Shown here one piece after another: positions 18,179 through 23,258 of a stretch of DNA of 23,258 bases. A model generated the notes under the pieces. It worked only from the letters and a program-made list of their open reading frames with translations. It had not been told where the DNA came from and ran no database searches. Position numbers and translations under genes: made by a program. The stretch comes from Elainellaceae cyanobacterium (GTDB lineage Bacteria; Cyanobacteriota; Cyanobacteriia; CAZCXK01): contig JBNPEG010000091.1 of the NCBI GenBank assembly GCA_051117555.1, forward strand, positions 1-23,258. The letters are read 5' to 3'. How positions within the stretch are numbered: the stretch's first letter is position 1; every line of letters starts with the position of its first letter.

Positions 18179-19930
18179 ATGACATTCCCCGCTCGCCTGC
18201 AACACTGGATCACCGCGCCAGTTCTCAAATCCCGCGACTCGCGGCTGATATTTTGGTTTAGCCTCAGCATTACGTTTGCGCTGATTTACACCCTGATGGG
18301 GCTGCGAGAGGCATTTAGCAGCGAATATGTCATTCACGATGACGTGCGATCGCACGTTTTTTGGATGGAGCGATTTATCGATCCGGGGTTGTTTCCCAAT
18401 GACCTAATTGCCGATTATTTTCAGTCTGTTGCGCCTGTGGGATACACATGGCTGTATAAAGTAGCCGCATTCCTAGGGATTGACCCAATCGGCTTTAATA
18501 AATTTTTGCCATTACCGCTGGTGCTGATCACCACGATCTATGGCTTTTGGATCAGCATGGAACTCCTCCCGGTGCCAGCAGCCGGATTCATTGCTACGCT
18601 GCTGCTCAACCAAACCACTTGGAACACCCACGACATTCCGTCAGGAACGCCCCGCGCATTTATCTATCCGCTGTTCATGGCGTTTATCTACTATGTACTG
18701 CGGAGAAACCTACTTCCGTCGCTGATTACCATCGTGCTGCAAGGATTGTTTTATCCGCAGACAGTATTTCTCTCGTCAGCAGTACTGGTGCTACGGGTGT
18801 TGCGGCTTGATGGGTGGCGACCTCAGCTATCGCGCGATCGCCAAGACTATGTGTTTTGCATCAGTGGGTTGAGTGTGGCGTTTGTGATGCTGCTACCCTA
18901 TGCACTCAAAATCTCAGACTATGATCCGGTGCTCACCGTGGCAGAGGCGCGATCGCTGCCAACTCTAGAAGGCGAGGGGCGCAAAGAGTTTTTCTTTGAT
19001 AGCCCGCTGAAGTTTTGGTTTTGCGGCGAGCGATCGGGCATGCTCCCCTATAACTGGTGCAAGTACGAGCGTCCGCCTCAGCTTTGGGCAAGCATTTTAC
19101 TGCTAGTACTGCTGCGATTTCCAAAGCGGTTTCCGCTGCAAGATCAAATTACGAAACACATCGTCATTCTGCCGCAGATCTTGGTTGCCTCACTGGGCAT
19201 GTTCTTCTTGGCTCATGCGCTTTTGTTTCGGCTGCATCTACCAAGCCGCTACACCAAACACAGTATTCGCATTCTCGTCGCCCTAGCCGCTGGCATCGCG
19301 CTCGTACTACTGCTGGATGCGGTACTTCGCTGGGCACAACGGGGGCGATCGCATCCCCTGCGGCGGCAGTTAACCGTCGTAGGAACGCTGGTCTTGATGT
19401 CGGCATACATCTTTGGCTATCCCTTGCTAATGGATGAATACCCCAATCCCGACTACGTTAGAGCTGAAGCACCCAAGATGTATCAGTTTTTCGCGCAGCA
19501 GCCTAAAGACATTCTGATTGCCTCCTTGTCAGAGCAGGCAAATAATATTCCGTCGATTTCTAGGCGATCGGTGTTAGCCAGTTCAGAAATTGCCAACCCG
19601 TATCACATGGGCTATTACAACCAAATTCAAACGCGCGTCTATGACATGATGCAAGCCCAATACAGCCTAGACATGACAGATGTAAAAGCCTTTATCCGCA
19701 AGTATGACGTTGATTATTGGTTGGTAGATGTGAATGCATTTCGAGCAGACTATATCGAGAGTAATTCGTGGTTGCGGCAAATCGAACCCCATTCCTCTAA
19801 TGCGAGGCGCAATCTGCTGGCGGGGCAAACGCCAGCTCTCGAAACAGTCATGAATCAATGCGATGTCGTGAGAACCCAGGGGCGAATTGTGTTAGATTCC
19901 CAGTGCATTTTAGAGGCTCCAGCCCCATAA
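18179..19930 (+). CDS. Multi-pass membrane protein, putative GT-C-like glycosyltransferase (paralog 2)
   Basis: 583 aa, colinear with paralog 1; shared blocks include YVIHDDVRSHVFWM, LFPNDLIADYFQSVAP, QGLFYPQT, LLPYALKIS, LLFRLHLP.RYTKHS and LASSEIANPYH.GYY. Confidence 0.75.
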   Translation: MTFPARLQHWITAPVLKSRDSRLIFWFSLSITFALIYTLMGLREAFSSEYVIHDDVRSHVFWMERFIDPGLFPNDLIADYFQSVAPVGYTWLYKVAAFLGIDPIGFNKFLPLPLVLITTIYGFWISMELLPVPAAGFIATLLLNQTTWNTHDIPSGTPRAFIYPLFMAFIYYVLRRNLLPSLITIVLQGLFYPQTVFLSSAVLVLRVLRLDGWRPQLSRDRQDYVFCISGLSVAFVMLLPYALKISDYDPVLTVAEARSLPTLEGEGRKEFFFDSPLKFWFCGERSGMLPYNWCKYERPPQLWASILLLVLLRFPKRFPLQDQITKHIVILPQILVASLGMFFLAHALLFRLHLPSRYTKHSIRILVALAAGIALVLLLDAVLRWAQRGRSHPLRRQLTVVGTLVLMSAYIFGYPLLMDEYPNPDYVRAEAPKMYQFFAQQPKDILIASLSEQANNIPSISRRSVLASSEIANPYHMGYYNQIQTRVYDMMQAQYSLDMTDVKAFIRKYDVDYWLVDVNAFRADYIESNSWLRQIEPHSSNARRNLLAGQTPALETVMNQCDVVRTQGRIVLDSQCILEAPAP

Positions 19931-19950
19931 ATTCCGATAAAAAAACCAAT

Positions 19951-19976
19951 AAAAAAGCAGCTTCGCTGGAAGCTGC
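19951..19976 (-). terminator. Intrinsic terminator with the U-tract on the minus strand; may also act bidirectionally
   Basis: Minus strand GCAGCTTC-cagc-GAAGCTGC-TTTTTT: perfect 8-bp stem plus U6. Confidence 0.75.
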
Positions 19977-20004
19977 GTGACGTTCCACTTCTTATCGGAA
20001 TTGT
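19951..20004 (-). ncRNA. Candidate small RNA 1 (~55 nt)
   Basis: GGGTATTCT at 20018-20010 lies upstream and a strong minus-strand terminator lies downstream; no minus-strand gene is nearby to explain that terminator. Confidence 0.4.
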
Positions 20005-20074
20005 CTATAAGAATACCCTCTCGGCGTAGTGAAATGTCGCCGTGAATTATCAAGATTTGTTGTCGGTTAGAGTA

Positions 20075-20166
20075 TATAGCCCTACGGGCTTAGGTTTATG
20101 TGGTGAGCTCCGGGCCGCGGGCTCACAGACACGTTCAACGTCCTAACGCGAGAGCGTATGGCCATA
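20075..20166 (+). mobile_element. ~92-bp MITE-like element, copy B
   Basis: TATAGCCCTACG...CGTATGGCCATA imperfect terminal inverted repeats, an internal TTAGG...CCTAA stem and a GTGAGCTC/GGGCTCAC hairpin. Confidence 0.75.
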
Positions 20167-20365
20167 AAACGGCTGAAGGTCTTGCCGCTCAGGTGATCAT
20201 CGTCACGGTTCCCATGCGTCTAAATCACGACAGGAGTCGATTAGTATCACGTGAATCGCTCCGAAATCATCACAGTTTTGCTTGGAGTTGAATCACAGAA
20301 AGAAGTCGTGATTTCACGGACAGTAGAAATACGCCCCTATACGCATACCCGCAAGGACTAATACG

Positions 20366-20629
20366 ATGTTGCCCCCCCTCTACTCAAGCGTTACTGATAA
20401 CAACTATGCGATTCAAGAGACTAAATCCATCTATTGGAGACGATTAATTGAAGTCGGCGTTCCGGTTGAAGCGGCAAACATGATTGCTTGGGCGATCGCC
20501 TACTACGATGTTGCGAAAGAGCTGCCAACTGCTCAACAACGGGCTCTGATCAGCTACTACTGCCGATTTATTTGCCGCGCTGAGCTATGGAGACGGCAGC
20601 TATTGCTTCATTCCGCTTTCTTGGGTTGA
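20366..20629 (+). CDS. Hypothetical 87-aa protein
   Basis: AAGGA RBS 8 nt before the ATG, plausible helical composition, and it fills an otherwise empty intergenic gap; no recognisable domain. Confidence 0.6.
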   Translation: MLPPLYSSVTDNNYAIQETKSIYWRRLIEVGVPVEAANMIAWAIAYYDVAKELPTAQQRALISYYCRFICRAELWRRQLLLHSAFLG

Positions 20630-20653
20630 TTTTGAAATGATGCGGATGTCACG

Positions 20654-20680
20654 AAAAAGCAGCTCCATGAATGAAGCTGC
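20654..20680 (-). terminator. Intrinsic terminator (minus strand)
   Basis: Minus strand GCAGCTTCA-ttca-TGGAGCTGC-TTTTT. The stem has a U-G wobble on the minus strand that would be a C-A mismatch on the plus strand. Confidence 0.7.
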
Positions 20681-20715
20681 CATCGTGAGTGAGATCGTCA
20701 ACCATAGAGAGGTTA
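20654..20715 (-). ncRNA. Candidate small RNA 2 (~60 nt)
   Basis: Exact GGGAATACT at 20729-20721, then a 5' hairpin AACC-tctctat-GGTT, an unpaired GATCTCACTCACGAT, and the terminator. Confidence 0.45.
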
Positions 20716-20720
20716 AGCTT

Positions 20721-20729
20721 AGTATTCCC
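20721..20729 (-). promoter_or_regulatory. J-box-like (group 3 sigma factor, SigJ/SigF-type) extended -10 element
   Basis: GGGAATACT matches the J-box consensus described for SigJ-dependent promoters in Nostoc punctiforme. A variant, GGGTATTCT, sits at 20018-20010 in an equivalent position. Confidence 0.5.
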
Positions 20730-20774
20730 AGAAATCTGTTCAAAATTAAACCTCGGTCAAGTCCAGGGCTGGAG

Positions 20775-20864
20775 TATAGCCATATGCTCTCGCGTTAGGT
20801 CGCTGAACGTGTGTGAGCCCTCCGCGCGGGGGAGCACACACAAACCTAAGCTCATAGGGCTACA
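20775..20864 (-). mobile_element. ~90-bp MITE-like element, copy C (inverted relative to copy B)
   Basis: Reverse complement TGTAGCCCTATGAGCTTAGGTTTGTGTGTGCTCCC...GGGCTCACACACGTTCAGCGACCTAACGCGAGAGCATATGGCTATA aligns end-to-end with copy B. Confidence 0.75.
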
Positions 20865-20908
20865 TGGCCGCAAAAAAGATTCATGTCTAAACGTTGGATA
20901 CCCACGCG

Positions 20909-22657
20909 TCAGATTCCGTGACTTTTTCCGATTACCCAGTGACGACGGAAAAAGCGAGACAAACTGGATTCTTCAAGCGACAGGTAAATCGGGCGACCAT
21001 GTGGACAGGTGTGTGGGTTTCGAGTTTGCTGCCACTGATTGACGAGGGTTTGCATCTCAGCATGCCCCAGCGGTATCCCATTGCGAATGGCTGTCCGGCA
21101 GGCGGTTGCGACCAGGGCCGCATTCAAGTCGCCTCCCAGGCTCAGTTCAATCAGCGCATCTGCGCAATCGCCTCGTTCTGCTAAGGATGCAGGCACGCTC
21201 CGCACTGCCCAGAGGTGCTCTCCAAATTCGTCCACATCCAGGTTGAGTCGGCGGAGTTGGTCAACTTGAGCCTGTAAAAGCTGATTTAGGATAATTGGTG
21301 TTTCAATCGGGACGACATGCCAGCGATCGCACAATTGTTCATAAATGACGCGCTCATGGGCAATATGCTGCTCGATCAGCCACATGCCGGTTGGGTATTC
21401 TGCCAGAATATACATCTGGTGAACCTGGGCGATCGCCTTAAGAGATGTATGCAAAGCAGGCGAATTGACAGTAGATGATGACTCCGATTCTCTCGTAGAC
21501 GCCCCATCCGATGGCTCAGAAATGCTTCGGCTCGTGCGATAGGCTCCGGTCGCTTCAGCCACTTTGATCACCTGCCCGATGCGATTGGAATGCGCCGCAT
21601 CTGAAAGATTCGTCGGATCGAGGCGCAAGGCTTGATGAATCGCATTCGTGACCTGAATCCGCCATCTCTCCATTTCGTGCAGATACACATCCGTTTTGGC
21701 GGGGTGACGGTTCCAGTCAACCTGATTGGAATGAACCCGAAGATGCACAAAACACACGGGATGGCGATCGCGCGGTAAAGTACGGCGAAATGCACCCATA
21801 ATCGTTTGTTCTAACTCGGGCGATCGCACAACACGACCGTTGATTGCGACGCAAATCCAGTCAGTGCGATGCCGATGACAGCGATCAGGACGTCCAACGA
21901 GCAGATACAGGGCAGGAGCCGTGAGGGAATGGAAGTCTTCAGGGGGGTGAGTGGTCTGCTTCTCGGTGGCTGGTGAGATGACTAACTCCTGCACGTCGCT
22001 GATCTGCACATCGCGGATAAGCTGAGGCAGGATGTCTTGAGCTGTGTCCCCTGACCAGATGGAAAACCAGGGGCGATCGCCCTGTTCAACTGTCCATGTG
22101 ACGCGGGGGTGGCAGAGGGCGAGATGTTGAATCGTGGATTGCACCGAACGCAGTTGCTGACTGAGAGAGGGCAACCCTTGGCGACGGGCAGCCCAGCCTC
22201 CAAAAACATCGTGGGCAGTGACGATGGTGCCAGGGGCGATCGCCACAGTTTCAGTCTGAATTGGCTGCCCTGTTGAGTCATAGCAGACGCGCCATCCCGC
22301 CTCTGCATCGGTTTGTTGGCTACAAATCTCTAGATTGGCAAGCTGGGCAAGGCTGTGCAGAGCTTCACCTCGAAACCCCAAGCTAGTAATCTTCCATAAA
22401 TCGTCGCGGTTCTGAATTTTGCTCGTACTGTGGGGAGATGCCGCCGATTGCAAATCATCAAGCGACATACCCGTGCCATTGTCGGTGACGCGCACTCGCC
22501 AGCATTCTGGATCGAGTACGACGTGAATGCGCGTGGCATTGGCATCAAGGGCATTTTCGACCAGCTCTCGAACAACCGCCGCAAGAGAATCGATGACTTC
22601 TCCTGCCGCAATCAGATGCACCACATCAATCGGTAATGTTTGAATCGTTGGAATCAT
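20909..22657 (-). CDS. mutL: DNA mismatch repair endonuclease MutL
   Basis: GHKL ATPase motifs IAAGEVI, VRELVENALDA, DNGTGM, HSTSKI, LGFRGEALHS and DWNRHPAK; endonuclease motifs EQHIAHER, ACR and CPHGRP. Confidence 0.97.
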   Translation of the reverse strand: MIPTIQTLPIDVVHLIAAGEVIDSLAAVVRELVENALDANATRIHVVLDPECWRVRVTDNGTGMSLDDLQSAASPHSTSKIQNRDDLWKITSLGFRGEALHSLAQLANLEICSQQTDAEAGWRVCYDSTGQPIQTETVAIAPGTIVTAHDVFGGWAARRQGLPSLSQQLRSVQSTIQHLALCHPRVTWTVEQGDRPWFSIWSGDTAQDILPQLIRDVQISDVQELVISPATEKQTTHPPEDFHSLTAPALYLLVGRPDRCHRHRTDWICVAINGRVVRSPELEQTIMGAFRRTLPRDRHPVCFVHLRVHSNQVDWNRHPAKTDVYLHEMERWRIQVTNAIHQALRLDPTNLSDAAHSNRIGQVIKVAEATGAYRTSRSISEPSDGASTRESESSSTVNSPALHTSLKAIAQVHQMYILAEYPTGMWLIEQHIAHERVIYEQLCDRWHVVPIETPIILNQLLQAQVDQLRRLNLDVDEFGEHLWAVRSVPASLAERGDCADALIELSLGGDLNAALVATACRTAIRNGIPLGHAEMQTLVNQWQQTRNPHTCPHGRPIYLSLEESSLSRFFRRHWVIGKSHGI

Positions 22658-22732
22658 CCCTCCAGTCAGCGATCGCCTGCTGATAGTTTGATCCTATCGC
22701 GTTCGTTATTCCAATTCGCAGAATCATTGCTA

Positions 22733-22884
22733 TATAGCCCTACGGGCTGATACCAATTCTAGATTTTGGATTTGCGATTTTGGATTGACAGCCACCAGCC
22801 TTGCAAGGGTTCTAGCCTGTTTATTGGTAGCTTTACTTCGAAGAATTGGTATTAGGTTTCCTAGCGCGAGAGCGTACGGCTATA
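22733..22884 (+). mobile_element. MITE copy D, lacking the central hairpin and interrupted by a second element
   Basis: TATAGCCCTACGGGCT [insert] TAGGTTTCCTAGCGCGAGAGCGTACGGCTATA; the terminal inverted repeats match at 11 of 12 positions. Confidence 0.75.
22750..22852. mobile_element. Nested ~100-bp miniature element with 11-bp terminal inverted repeats
   Basis: ATACCAATTCT (22750-22760) ... AGAATTGGTAT (22842-22852); contains heptamer repeats GATTTTG GATTTGC GATTTTG GATT. Confidence 0.72.
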
Positions 22885-22915
22885 CTGGCGTGGCACGTCT
22901 AAAGTAGTACATTAG

Positions 22916-22973
22916 GTAGGGTGCTGTATAGCCTTTCAGGCATGGCTACGCTAAAGCGTCAGCGTAACGCACC
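22916..22973 (+). repeat. GTAG-type REP hairpin with a 26-nt insert (22928-22953)
   Basis: GTAGGGTGCTGT[ATAGCCTTTCAGGCATGGCTACGCTA]AAGCGTCAGCGTAACGCACC; GGTGC...GCACC closes the stem. Confidence 0.7.
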
Positions 22974-23009
22974 ACCATGAGGTTATTTTTTAACAAGCCT
23001 TAAACGCTC

Positions 23010-23258
23010 TCAGTTCAAAACGTCGTGTTTCGAGTTCAGAGCTTCAAGTTTCGAGTCCAGAGCTTCAAGTTTCGAGTTCAGAGCGTCGTGTTTCGAGTTC
23101 AGAGCGTCGTGTTTCGAGTTCAGAGCGTCGTGTTTCGAGTTCAAAGCGTCGTGTTTCGAGTTCAGAGCTTCAAGTTTCGAGTCCAGAGCGTCGTGTTTCA
23201 AGTTCAGAGCTTCAAGTTTCGAGTCCAAAGCAAGGCTGAGACTCTTGAACCCGGTGCG
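23010..23258 (-). CDS. 3' end of a heptad-repeat (coiled-coil) ORF, open to the window edge
   Basis: The frame is open from 23258: RTGFKSLSLALDSKLEALNLKHDALDSKLEA(LNSKHDA)n...LN*. Coding status is uncertain because a 21-bp tandem repeat can easily give an open frame. Confidence 0.45.
   Translation of the reverse strand, partial: RTGFKSLSLALDSKLEALNLKHDALDSKLEALNSKHDALNSKHDALNSKHDALNSKHDALNSKLEALDSKLEALNSKHDVLN
23012..23231. repeat. 21-bp tandem repeat array, ~10.5 units of two subtypes
   Basis: Units AGTTCAGAGCGTCGTGTTTCG and AGT(T/C)CAGAGCTTCAAGTTTCG are directly adjacent with no spacers. Confidence 0.95.

Larger units (their letters stand above)
1..23258. repeat. HIP1 octamer GCGATCGC dispersed throughout the window
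   Basis: Roughly 40 copies by eye (e.g. near 852, 1172, 4337, 6262, 9416, 13046, 17331, 22669), against about one or fewer expected by chance; a cyanobacterial hallmark. Confidence 0.95.

Noticed and set aside
20100..20291. 63-aa ORF, and the 117-aa ORF at 20689-21042
   Set aside because: Both run through MITE copies, the second also overlaps mutL antisense, and neither has a convincing RBS.
20654..20715. Identification of candidate sRNA 2 as Yfr1
   Set aside because: The two-hairpin layout is similar, but the invariant ACTCCTCACAC motif is absent (only CTCACTCAC).
20909..21400. MutL EQHIAHER variant as a novel nuclease motif
   Set aside because: This is the usual cyanobacterial form of the DQHA(X)2E(X)4E motif, together with ACR and CPHGRP; standard MutH-independent repair.
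23012..23231. CRISPR array
   Set aside because: Units are directly adjacent 21-mers with no unique spacers, and there are no cas genes in the window.

Overview
Cyanobacterial chromosomal DNA, judged from psbI, dozens of HIP1 GCGATCGC octamers and the csaB/DUF2499/DUF3593/DUF3769 neighbourhood; a filamentous, mid-GC lineage is my inference. Minus-strand genes on the left: AcrB-type RND permease with its adaptor, cytosine deaminase, a Zn-ribbon/Ser-Thr kinase/WD40 protein, DUF3593 and DUF2499. Plus-strand genes in the middle: csaB, psbI (absent from the ORF track), an LptD-like DUF3769 protein, a GT39/GT-C glycosyltransferase, two tandem paralogous GT-C-like membrane proteins and an 87-aa ORF. 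Minus-strand genes on the right: mutL and a heptad-repeat ORF cut by the window edge. The most interesting signals are intergenic. (1) Two candidate ~55-60 nt minus-strand sRNAs flank the 87-aa ORF; each has a GGGWATWCT (J-box/SigF-like) promoter element and a related GCAGCTTC terminator. (2) There is a layered set of tiny mobile elements: a ~90-bp TATAGCC-ended MITE family (4 copies, with a covarying central hairpin), GTAG-REP hairpins, and 24-27 nt double GNA-triloop inserts that sit at the same position of two different REPs, nested in places. All calls were made by eye; no database searches or folding programs were run.
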